A DNA stretch of 64,000 nt from Eledone cirrhosa (lineage: Eukaryota). Positions 12,159 through 25,417 of the stretch are shown piece by piece (within the stretch, counting starts at the first letter, position 1; each line of letters starts with the position of its first letter). The DNA lies in NCBI GenBank assembly GCA_964016885.1, contig OZ024740.1, positions 63,116,001 through 63,180,000 of the forward strand, given 5' to 3'. Both the position numbers and the translations under genes were made by a program. The notes below the pieces were generated by a model, which did not search any database, was not told the origin of the DNA, and saw only the letters and a list, made by a program, of their open reading frames with translations.

Positions 12159-14069
12159 CAGTCAACAAATAATACACGCCAAAACACTACCCAAGAAACA
12201 ATTACCTAGTTAAATAGTATTTAAATTTAAAATTAAATCACAGCAGAAAAAAAAACAACGCATCAGATCTAAGTTCACATATCTTAGTTGCATGATACCA
12301 TATATATTTTTTTTCCTATTAAAATACACTCATCAACAAAATACAAGAAGCCTACACTAGCCAAATACACACTACACGAAATGCAATGGCCCAGTTAAAT
12401 AAAAACTGCGTACAACATTCGAAGTTGTCAATGTTGAAAATTAGCTATAGATGTACAAGAATTGTTCTTCATGGAAGCATTTATGCACCAAGATAATAAA
12501 AGAATATAAAAAACTAGAAAATTGAAAGTGCTTTAATGAACTGCTTTGACTTTAGAAATTGCAACACACATAGGCATACATTTAGAAATATGTATACTGG
12601 TGGATTCTCCGTCAGTTTCAACGGTAATGATTCAGTTATCCGATTAACTGAACGTCCAACTGATGAATTAACGGGAAAATGGTTGGGTATTTTATAAATA
12701 TGTAATCTCCTAACGTAATTCTCGAATCAACGTTGCACAATATATTACAAGAACAATGCATCCAACCAGCTTCCATGCAGTTTCCGTCTACCCGATTTCG
12801 TTCACAAGGCTTGAGCCGATTTGAGGCTATGAAGAAAAAAACACTTGTCTAATTTCCGCCGCAGTCAGAACGAAGAAAACATCTCATGATTGCGGGGTGA
12901 ACATCTTAACCATTCAGCTATTCCTGTGCTCACAGAAACACACTCTCACATACAGACAGATGCACGCATACAGAGAAACACTCTCATATGCACGCATACA
13001 CAGATGCACAGAGACACATACATGCATGTACGCATATAATGCACACACACATACACACACACATATATAAGCGTGTGTACATATATGTATGTGTATGTAT
13101 TTATCTTTATTAATGACATTTTCAAAAAATAGACTGTGCGCACTGAGCAAATTCGTATTAATTCATTGAGTTTTATTTCAGTCATTAGAGTGCTTTTGAA
13201 ATCAATGGAGCATTTAAATACCCCTTAATATTTGTTTTAGATTACTTTTCAACTATTAAGTTCCCAACAAATTAATCATTTCCATATCAAATACAACATT
13301 ATACTGATATATAACTTGAATACTCTGCAATGCAAAGCTATGAGTCCTTAACTCTTGATGGTAGATAGTATAAGCAATGAAAATACTGATAGAAACAATT
13401 TCATTGATCTGATTTTATAATTTCTTTATCTTTCTCATTTTTGAATTTTTTTTTAAGAAATGAACATTTATCGAGTTTGTTTCCAATTTTGTTGCTGTTG
13501 TTTATTTTTATTTTTTTTGTTTATTTTTTTTTCAAATTTTCAGGTCTAATCTAAGATGACGTGAGAGATATATAGAGCTTAAGTTAATAAACACTGAGTG
13601 GTATGATAACTTAAAAGAATGTAGGGAGGGATGAGAAATATTTAAAAACACCTTTAATAAATAGTAAATGTGTGCAAACTTAAGGTAATTAGCTGAGAAT
13701 TTCTTTTCTTTTTCTTAATTAAAATTATACTTATTCTGGGAAGAAAGCAATTCTTAGCTGACTGATTAGTTATGACACAAGGAAGGTAGAGGTTATAAAG
13801 TTGAAAGTACCACTTTTACACATTCTTAGTGTTGCTTTCAGCTTTATTACTGCTGCTTTTTTTGTTCCTGTTGTTTTTGTTATCTCGTAAAAATGTAAAA
13901 AATAATTATGTGTTCAGTTGGCAACAATAGAATTTCGGGATCAGTCCCCTTGTGTGCCACTTCGTCAGGTGTCTTTTAGATAAGCAACATACAGCGTACA
14001 CCAAAATTCGTTGTGTGTACAAAGAACAATACTCGAAACGTAGCATATTTGTACTCGATTTGTGAAGGT

Positions 14070-14290
14070 AAGTGGCTTAGATATTAAGGTGTTGGGTTCA
14101 GGATCACAATGTCGTGGGTTCGATTCCTGGATCGGATATCACTTGGTGTACTTTAGCAAAATACTTCCATTCCTGTTGCTCAAGCTAAGAATATGTACCA
14201 GCTGAGTAGTAAACCTGTGATAACCTGGCCTTCCGTAGACAGACTCGTGTACTCTCAGGCAATGAAACCAAGATAAGCGTCCATACTTGA
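14070..14290 (+). mobile_element. Degenerate tRNA-derived SINE
   Basis: Box-B-like GGGTTCGATTCC followed by a ctt.agcaa..ac..cc central-domain remnant. Confidence 0.5.
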
Positions 14291-14427
14291 AATAAACTAA
14301 CCGTTTTGTTTTCCTTTTACATTGATAGAACGCTATTTTTATGTGTATTTTATTGCTTGATACTGTTTGTCCTTTTCCATATTTACGGAGCAATTATAAC
14401 AAATAGTCTATTACCATTCCTTTCAAG

Positions 14428-14506
14428 GTTGCAAAGCTTACGCCTTTACAGTATCATTAGTGAGTATTTTATCCATATGCTGTTTAACTCTCATCGCCGT
14501 CGACAG
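14428..14506 (+). CDS. Opsin coding exon (TM3)
   Basis: Acceptor tttcaag, donor gttagt. Encodes (G)CKAYAFTVSLVSILSICCLTLIAVD(R) with the disulfide Cys and Tyr at the bovine-113 position; DRY is split by the intron. This reading frame is not in the ORF track. Confidence 0.88.
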
Positions 14507-14793
14507 GTTAGTACAATATATTCTGCACATATTTAAAGAAATTTACATGTAGAAATAAACTTTTAAATGTCAAACTACAGTATATATATATATAAGACGG
14601 TTGACTCGATCAGGGATTTTGAGACTAGAAACAGGTAGCGAGGTAACCCCTACCATGCTTGTCGATATATCGAGCTTCCACAATCAATCAACCCTCTGAA
14701 ACGATCGTAAAACAATGAACTAATTAACTACCTATCTCTGACATTTGTTCAATACACACATGCACACAAACACGCACACACACACACACACAT

Positions 14794-14875
<82 letters not shown>

Positions 14876-15382
14876 ATGATAGCTGCAACTCGATTTCGAG
14901 TAATACCATCGCTTGGCACTTCAGCATGAGCATCACGGACGTGGCTTTTTAATCCTGCTAGGGACTTGCCTATGGCCAGCAATGCCAGGCATCGCAAAAA
15001 AATGTCACATATCTAGCGAAGCTTGAAGTTTTTTTAATAAGTGAGGAAAGGCTTTACACGGGGCCAATCCCACTCTCTGATCATCGAATGTATTTGCCCA
15101 ACATGAATAGTGCAGTGTATAGTTTCATGTAACATTAGAGAATGCTCTTTGCATAAGCAGAAGATAAATATTTTCTAGTACCATAAGAGCACACTCGTAT
15201 GTGTGTGTACAAAACCAAGACGGTTGTCTTATTCACTCCGGAATAGACATATTAATTTGAAAGCAGTCTATATTTATAAGCTGAGATGTCGGGCAAACAA
15301 GTGTAACTAATTAGACATTCATATAGAAGTACGGATGCAGTTCAGGTATCAAGTGTAGCCATCAGGCATCTTTATCGAACTA

Positions 15383-15442
<60 letters not shown>

Positions 15443-15549
15443 GTTTGTGTGTGTGGTGTATCTGTGCGTTTGTGTGCATGCTTGTGTTTGCTCTAGTCAA
15501 TTAAAGCAAATTAAATGTTTCCAAAAGTTGGGAACTTTAGCTTGAGGAA

Positions 15550-15626
<77 letters not shown>

Positions 15627-15628
<2 letters not shown>

Positions 15629-16632
15629 TTTTCTTTATTAACCACAAGGGTTTACATAAAGTAGACATTAAGGACAGTACAGGACAATACAGGACGGTAC
15701 AAATGGGCATTTCTGCGTGTAAAAAAAACCAGAGGATGTAATAAAATAACAAAGAAAGATTCCCCAATAGGGGGGAGACTTCCGAAGGACATTTGTGGAG
15801 AAAGCCCATTAAAAGACCACAGTGACCCTGACCACCAGGGCAAGTGCCCTCTCCCAGTTTTCCACCTTTAATTTACAGACACATACTCAGAGTAGGCCCA
15901 TTCACTCGGGCCATACTTGCCTCTCTCACCCATCTTTCAACAAAATGCTGGGAAGAGAGCACTTCCCTCTCTACCCTGATTTTCCTTTTCAAATGAAATT
16001 TGAAAAAGTTAATAATAATAATAATAATGCTTTCTTTATTAACCACAAGGGTTTACATAAAGTAGACATTAAGGACAGTGCTGGACAATACAGGACTGTA
16101 CAAATGGGCATTTCTGCCTGTAACAAAAAAAAAACAGGATGTAACAAAAAAATAACAATGAAAAATTCCCCGATACGGGGGAGACTTCCGAGGGATATTC
16201 GTGGAGAAAGCCCATTAAAATGCCACAGTGACCCTGACCACCAGGGCAAGTGCCCTCTCCCAGTTGTCCACCTTTAATTTACAGACACATACTCAGAGTA
16301 GGCCAATTCACTAGGGCCATTCTTGCCTCTCTCACCCATCTTTCAACAAAATGCTGGGAAGAGAGCACTTCCCTCTCTACCCTGATTTTCCTTTTCAAAT
16401 GAAATTTGAAAAAGTTAATCAGGGCATCACCGAAGAGGTAAGTGCTCGTCTTCAGCCCTTTCAGACGCGTTCACCATACTATCTCTTTCGCCATTGCCAC
16501 CAGACAGATAAAAACTGCCTGCCCTTCCCGGTTAAAAGAAGAGGGCGGGGCAATCCTCACGATGGACTCAGCTGATAGCCGGATCCGTTCTACACGCGAC
16601 AGCAGGTGTTCGACATAAACCCACAAGTCAGC
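15627..16632 (-). mobile_element. Two tandem 5'-truncated L1/Tx1-like LINE 3' ends (15627-16010, 16029-16632) abutting (TTA)n tracts
   Basis: The copies are near-identical. Minus-strand peptide AMAKEIVW*TRLK...FFKFHLKRKIRVERE...FVERW resembles the Tx1/L1 ORF2 C-terminus. AATAAA precedes the (TTA)n. Confidence 0.7.
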
Positions 16633-16641
16633 AATAATAAC

Positions 16642-16679
<38 letters not shown>

Positions 16680-16692
16680 TAATAATAATAAT

Positions 16693-17690
16693 AGAGGTCT
16701 TATCAGCATAGAGGACTGTGTTCAGATGGAGAAAAACAACCTACACAAATACGTGACTGATAGTAAGGAGCCAATGCTCAGAACTGTACTGAAGGAGGGG
16801 ACAATAGGCCAGGGGATGTCCAAGGAGGAAATAACATCAAGGAGAAAGAGCAGCCTTCAGGAAAAATCCCTTCATAGTACCTTCTTTGAGAGAACTGAAT
16901 TTAGAGATCCACAGACATGGAACTGGTTGAAAAGAGGAGACCTTAAAAAGGCTACAGAAGGAATGTTAATGGCTGCGCAGGAGCAGGCCCTCAAAACGAA
17001 GTGGTTGAAACACCATATTTACAAGGAGGAGGCTAGCCCACTGTGCAGGATCTGTGGAGAGAGAGAGGAGACTGTGGCTCACATTGTATCCGAGTGTAAA
17101 CACCTAGCCCAGACTCACTATAAGGGCTGGAGACATGATGTGATGGGCAGATGATCCACTGGCACCTATGCAAAGTAAACAATTTACCACATTCTGAGAA
17201 GTGGTATGAGCATAAGCCAGAGGCGGTGATAAAAAACGATCAGGTAAAGGTGCTGTGGGATTTTAGGATACAGACGGACAAGAAACTGGAACACAATAGA
17301 CCTGACTTGGTGGTTTTGGACAAGGAAAAAAGATCGTGCCTGATTGTGGATGTGGCCTGCCCATTCGACACGAGAGTGCAAGAGAAGGAGAGGGAGAAAA
17401 TTAACCGATACCAGGACTTAAAGTGGGAGGTAAAAAGGATTTGGAACTGCTATGAAGTCAAAGTGATCCCGATTGTCATAGGCGTACTAGGGACTATCTC
17501 AAAAAATTTCCAGGGAAGGTTAAAGAAAATTGGCCCCTTCACGCTTTTTGGAACGCTTCAAAAGGCATGCTTGCTGGGAACAGCAAGAACCCTCCGATAC
17601 GTCCTGAATATCTGAGGCTGCAGGTAGTGGCTTGATATTCATTTCAACAAACTTTCCAGTTAACTAACATCAATGACTGAGACTCAAAGA

Positions 17691-17691
<1 letters not shown>
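16693..17691 (+). mobile_element. 5'-truncated R4/Dong-like non-LTR retrotransposon (zinc knuckle plus RLE), one frameshift near 17150
   Basis: RGLISIEDC, AAQEQAL, CRICGEREETVAHIVSEC, RHD, LWDFRIQTD..HNRPD, DVACP..EK, LQKACLLGTA. Flanked by (AAT)n on both sides, the known Dong-type target. Confidence 0.9.
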
Positions 17692-17756
<65 letters not shown>

Positions 17757-18175
17757 GGAAAAGGAATGTTTCTGAACAAAAAGAAATGGATAGGAAGACT
17801 AGGAAGCTATTGACTATCTACAACATGTTCCACAAGAGGAGTGATGTCGATAGACTCTACTTAAGGAGATCTGAGGGTGGAAGAGGTCTTATCAGCATAG
17901 AGGACTGTGTTCAGATGGAGAAAAACAACCTACACAAATACGTGACTGATAGTAAGGAACCAATGCTCAGAACTGTACTGAAGGAGGGGACAATAGGCCA
18001 GGGGATGTCCAAGGAGGAAATAACATCAAGGAGAAAGAGCAGCCTTCAGGAAAAATCCCTTCATAGTACCTTCTTTGAGAAAACTGAATTTAGAGATCCA
18101 CAGACATGGAACTGATTGAAAAGAGGAGACCTTAAAAAGGCTACAGAAGGAATGTTAATGGCTGCGTAGGAGCGC
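17757..18175 (+). mobile_element. Second, internal fragment of the same R4/Dong-like element
   Basis: DRKTRKLLT..HKRSDVDRLYLRRSEGGRGL, then near-identical to 16693-16985, with two nonsense changes. Confidence 0.85.
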
Positions 18176-18180
18176 AGTAT

Positions 18181-18742
18181 TTAAATAGGGAGACACAAAG
18201 CAGTTTTTGTTTAGAAACGGCTAGCGAATTTGAAAATTAGGTAGTAATTTGTGCTTACGCCGTATTTGACTTCATACAATTAGTCTGTTAATTCTGATTT
18301 TAAAAAACCCTCTGAAGGGAAAAAAAGGATAAGTATTGACGTACATGGGACACGAATCCACATCTTTAGTTTGCCGGATAATTCAGAGGGTTTTTTTAAA
18401 CTAACAGACTAATTTTATGTAGTCAAATAAGGCGAAAGCACAAGTTACTACCTAATTTCCAAATTCGCTAGCCGTATGTAAACAAAGCATGCTTTGTGTC
18501 TCCCTATTTATATACATATATATATATATATACCTGCTATGGTTATATAGCTACTAATTGAATGAAAGGAAGCATGGGTGGTGTGTCGGTGTAATCATAA
18601 CACATTGGTCTGGCAAACCAAAGATGTGGGTTCGTGTCAATACCTACGTTTGTTTACCCTTCAGAGGGGTTTTTTTAATCCCAACTAACAGACTAATTCT
18701 ATTTAGTCAAATACGGCGTAAGCACAAGTCACTACCTAATTT

Positions 18743-18745
<3 letters not shown>
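18181..18745. repeat. Imperfect palindrome (18181-18510) plus a third partial copy (about 18605-18745)
   Basis: taaatagggagacacaaagc...ccctctgaa pairs with ttcagaggg...gctttgtgtctccctattta. The third copy includes a GGGTTCG tRNA-like segment. Confidence 0.7.
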
Positions 18746-20505
<1,760 letters not shown>

Positions 20506-20539
20506 ATATAATAACTTGTGTGTTACACCTCTATTCTTT

Positions 20540-20623
<84 letters not shown>

Positions 20624-20625
20624 GC

Positions 20626-20666
<41 letters not shown>

Positions 20667-20818
20667 AAAGTGTAATTGGAACATATAACACCTTAATTAA
20701 AGACATCCTTTTGGTAAACACCAATCACTTGTTTATTTAATTATCTTCTTATGTTGTCTTTATAAAATCAATTTAATTAATATTGGCATTAATTAATAAT
20801 TTTCTATGCTCATTGCAG

Positions 20819-21418
20819 GTATGTAGTAATTGTCAAGGGCTGGGTGAATTACCGACGCTCGAGGAAAAAATCAGCTTGTGTGTCTATTATTTTCGCCTGG
20901 GTATACACACTAATATGGTGCATATTTCCTTTAGTCGGATGGGGAAACTTCGTTCTTGAAGGCATAGGATCTTCTTGCACTTTCGACTACCTTACGCGAA
21001 CTCCACAGAACAGATCGTATATGATATGTTTGAATATCTTTGTCTTCTTCTTTCCTGTTACTATTATTATCATTTGCTACATTAACATCATTATAGCGAT
21101 GTACAAACATAAACAAGATATGAAAAACGTATCCATAACAGTTGCAGCTGATATACGCCAACGAAGGGGAAACAAGATGAGTGTTGAACTAAAGACTGTG
21201 CGATCGTTGGCTGCAGCCATTATTCTCTTCTGCGTTGGTTGGATGCCATACGCTGTATTGTCATTAATAGCTCAATTTGGAAACACAGACATTATTACAA
21301 GAGAAGCAACCGGTTTTCCAGGGATTGCAGCAAAATGTATAACATGCGTAAATCCTTTCTTCTATGCTTTAACCAATCCTATATTTCTTAAAAGACTTAA
21401 AATTTTCACATGTTGCCG
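20819..21418 (+). CDS. Opsin main coding exon (ICL2 to TM7 and helix 8); rhabdomeric/melanopsin-like, probably a non-canonical r-opsin
   Basis: Acceptor attgcag. Encodes PLVGWGNFVLEGIGSSCTFDYLT (E181 and Cys), WMPYA, and AAKCITCVNPFFY (retinal-binding Lys plus NPxxY). Donor CG|gtgagt. Confidence 0.95.
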
Positions 21419-23475
21419 GTGAGTAATTTGATTATATATTTATTAAGTCTATTTCAATGACTAAAGGCATTATTTATTAAATATTGTGCATTTTAACTCT
21501 TTGTGTAGGGTTTCAAAAACAAAACTTCATTTCAGCAACACTAACTTGATTACATTTTATCTTTATGATTTAAATCTTTGCATCAGAACTTTACTTTCAA
21601 TAAGCCAAATTTAGAACTGAAGTTTGCCTGCAACAATATTGAATTCCTGTAAATTCTTATTACATTGTGCATATTTTATAAAAATGGGAATATATATATA
21701 TATATATATATACATGAAACTACGCCAGTAAAATAGTTGGCACTTATTTTATGGACTCCGGATCCTTAATGGAATTTGAATTAAAAACGGAAGAAATATA
21801 TTTCGATACTATTTCTTTGGACACTCCACCACTCTTCTACATTCTAATATTAAACACCAATACAACAAACTTCATTCAATAGTGAAGAATTATTAAAATG
21901 AGAAATATCTAATGATCGAATTAGTAACTAGGGTGCATGTATAGATATGTGGATAAGCGTTTCGCTTCGCAGTCCCGTGTTTCAAGTTTGGGATACAAGA
22001 TTAAAACATTTTTCACTCTCACCGTCGGAAATGCATTGAACCAATGATTGGCCTGTATGAAACATTTAATCAACGATGTCATTATTCTCAAATTGTTATT
22101 AATAAAAGAAAACTAAATAAAGTATAGAAAATAATTATCATGCTAATCAATGAGTGAAAATATTGTATAATTGACGAATGATTAGTTTGCTCTCAGTCAC
22201 AAGTCCAATGCTCTACAAATTTAGTTCCACTCATAACTGCTTGTTTATAAGAATTTTTCTTACAAGATAACGAGGGAAATTCTAATTAGCCATTCAGCCC
22301 GCTAGAAATACCAAGCTAATTTTCCTCCAATCACACCGTGCCGTTTTAAAAAGAAGAAAGGAAAGAAACATTGGACACTGTAGCTTGGGAAATATGACAA
22401 TATGGGGTTTTTCACACCTCGAACGCTTTTAATCATAGTTATGTTCCGTGAAGTCTAACCTAAGACTTCACAATGATAACCAACAATGTTCTATATTATA
22501 AAATAATGTTACCAATATAGTGACTTACTCCTGTTAGTTGCTGGAATAAATTCTAAACTATTTTCCATCAATGATGTGATTTACTAGGACATCATGCATA
22601 CATAAATTTGCAAGAAAATGCAATACAAATCCAAACGAAATAGCAAGGGAGACTTTCAAATAAGTTGATGTATTTAAACATTAATATTTGGGAAGAACAA
22701 TAACGAAAGATTGATTCTAGTTACATGTTTAAAAAACTGAAAAGATTACACTAAAAAATGTTTAAATGTGTTTTTAAGAAAGATAGTAATTTCAATACAC
22801 TCTGTGGATGCAAATCTAGGACGTTACATCCTGAAAATGAGAAAGAATCGTGGCTTTAGAAATAATGGTTCTCATACCATATACAAAACACGTAATTAAC
22901 AAACGTGTTGAGAATGAAATCATTGGAAAACCTGTGTGGAGTGTGAAATAATTTTGTCAGTTATTAAAGGGGGAACATGAAGTAGTTTGATCATGTGACA
23001 CGACACTGTGGCACTTTATTTCTAACAAATGTCCTACACAGCTAAATTAGAGTGAAAGAAGAATAAAAAGACAATGAAGGGAATGTTAAACAACAGAGAT
23101 GTGGGTGGAAAACATGAGATAGGTTGAAGTTCGGAAAATAATGAGAGAGTGCGTATTCATCGAAAGTGGTGGGTTTCGATTGATAGATTGATTGTTGTCC
23201 AGTTATAGGGTTTAAAATCAGGCCTTGGAGCTCTAAATTAAAATCTCACAGAATCCATTGGAAGGAGAAGGTCAAATTTAATATGTACCAATAGTACAAT
23301 AATGTTTGATTCAATCTACTATATTCCAGCAATAATTGGTATTTTCTTTTATGAGAAATCATATCAATATATACGATTCACTCTTCTTTACTGTCTATAT
23401 TTTATATCCCTTCTTACTGAATATATGTTAATACTCTCGCTTACTAACTATATATGGTACTCTTCTTGCTTACTG

Positions 23476-23680
23476 TTATGGCATTGGTTCCGGCTCTTTG
23501 CTCTCTGAGTCAAAATCTCGCCGAGATTAACCCTGCCTGATATTCTTTCGGGATCGATAAATAAAATACCTGTCCAGCTCCAAGAGCGATGGATTGGCGA
23601 CATTTTTAAAGAGCCGGATGGAATGTATGCGGTATCTATTCTGGCTCTATTTGTTCTGAGTTTAAATCTCTCGTTCAATC
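23476..23680 (+). mobile_element. Degenerate SINE remnants
   Basis: ctgagtcaaaatctcgccgagattaac...ggatcgataaataaaatacc; same family as the other tRNA-derived SINEs. Confidence 0.55.
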
Positions 23681-23857
23681 ACCGGAAAAGCGGTGATGCT
23701 TTTGCCAGAAGTTGCGACGGGCAGATAGTATCAGCAATGAAAGGACCAATGGAAACATAGAGTTGACAATCGGCCATTTTAGTCACTTATTAAATACATC
23801 CTATGCTCTTCTCTTCTCACTTAGACAAATTATTAAAGAAATATTTCTCTTTTGTAG

Positions 23858-24128
23858 AGCTGAGACCAAAATAGTGAGACGAATAAGTTCAATTCACACG
23901 AGCAAGTCTTGGATTGAAAAGAATGCCCAACAGGAAAACTGCCAGGCATGTAGCAGCCTCAGCGGAGAAAGCAGCAACAGAGCTGAATGTCCACACATAC
24001 AAACAGAAAAAGAAACCAAACAGAAAAACAGTGGTAGTTTTAAGAAAGTGAAGTCAGAAACAATAGAAATGGTCACTAAATGTGATGAAAAAGAAAATGT
24101 TCAAGACAAGGAACCCCAGACATTTTAA
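23858..24128 (+). CDS. Putative last opsin exon (Ser/Thr/Glu/Lys-rich cytoplasmic tail)
   Basis: Acceptor tttctcttttgtag. Its phase matches the CG| donor, giving R-AETKIVRRISS...EPQTF*, an open hydrophilic frame of 89 further codons. Confidence 0.72.
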
Positions 24129-24333
24129 AATTTATTGAAAATAACATTTTCACCTTTTATCCATAAATGAAAGAAATACGATTATTTACAGGGATCGATA
24201 TCGGCAGAATTGTAACAGTCAAAACAAAAATTCTTATAAATATGTATGCAAAAAGTAACAGAAATAACAAAGCAAACGACAGAGTACAATGAAGAAATAT
24301 ATTAGTTTAATGCTTGATATAGTAGAAAAAGTG

Positions 24334-24370
24334 TTTTGATGTTTCAGACACTAGTCCTTCATCGGAAAAT
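24334..24370 (-). ncRNA. Degenerate PLE-type hammerhead motif
   Basis: tttt-CCGATGA-AGGAC tagt GTCT-GAAAC-ATC|aaaa. The core has CTGA changed to CCGA, so it is probably inactive. Confidence 0.5.
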
Positions 24371-25215
24371 AGAATGAGAAATAAAAGATGAAATAAAACG
24401 ATAGTGAGTGAGAAGAGGAAAGAACGGAAACAAATTGTTTGAGAAAAAATACGTGTGAATTCAATCAGCCATTTTGGAGAAATGCTGGTATCTTAGGTAT
24501 TAGAGAGGGGTAATTATTGTACATTTTGAGTGGATGTGCGTGTGTGTGTCTGTGTGTGTAAGTTTGCTCGTTAGTTTGTGCAAAGGTTTGAAGGGTGGGC
24601 GTTGGACCATGACGGTATGGCTGCTGTGAGATGTCGAGGTGTGAGCGAACGCGCGCGCGTGAACTGACCAACGTAAGGAGGTGTATAAATATGTATATAA
24701 AATTTCGCCTATACATACATACACATACGTAGAGGCAGTCGCAAAAGGGTTGTACAGAAAAGGAGGTGGTAGCAAATATGATCGTTGCCTTATATATTTC
24801 ATGTGGTGGTATGTCCGTAAGAGAAACTGCTTAACTTCAGGTACGACGATATGGTGGTACAACCGGAAACAGCTGAAATACGAAGTGTCAAGCCGCTACC
24901 TGCGTGGGGCTGGTGGGGTGGAGTGAATGTTGGAAAAATGTCAACATGGACGGCGCTACAGCCACGGTACTGAGTGTCACGTGATCACAGACACACGTGG
25001 ACCAAGTGCACATACACTCAGAAGTGAGACTCTTGGAATGTGTGTGTCGGAATGTGTATGGGTGGGCGCATAAACATATGCATGACATGCAGGAGGAGGG
25101 GAAATTGTGTTATAATGATCTTGGATGCAGATGCATGGCTATAAGATGCAACTGTGTCTGTGTGTGTGTGTGTGCGTGTATGTGGGTGTGTGGGTGTGTG
25201 TGTGTGTGTGTGTGT

Positions 25216-25248
<33 letters not shown>

Positions 25249-25417
25249 TTTATGCAGGTTATGTGCATGAAAAGCTACATCTGTGTGTGATGGTGTGGAT
25301 GTGTCCGATTGGGTGGATATGCATGTGTCAACAGGAATTTGAGGGGTAAATGTGAGCAGAGGTATATGTGTATTCCGTGGTATATACGGATGTTTTAAAT
25401 GTGAGTGTGTATTATAT

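Noticed and set aside
18575-18645. tRNA gene
   Set aside because: Only a box-B-like GGGTTCG is present and no full cloverleaf; more likely a repeat head.
20844-21422. Single-exon 192-aa GPCR starting at the ORF-track start
   Set aside because: The start is a GTG inside an exon. A splice acceptor at 20818 and upstream TM2 and TM3 exons explain the frame.
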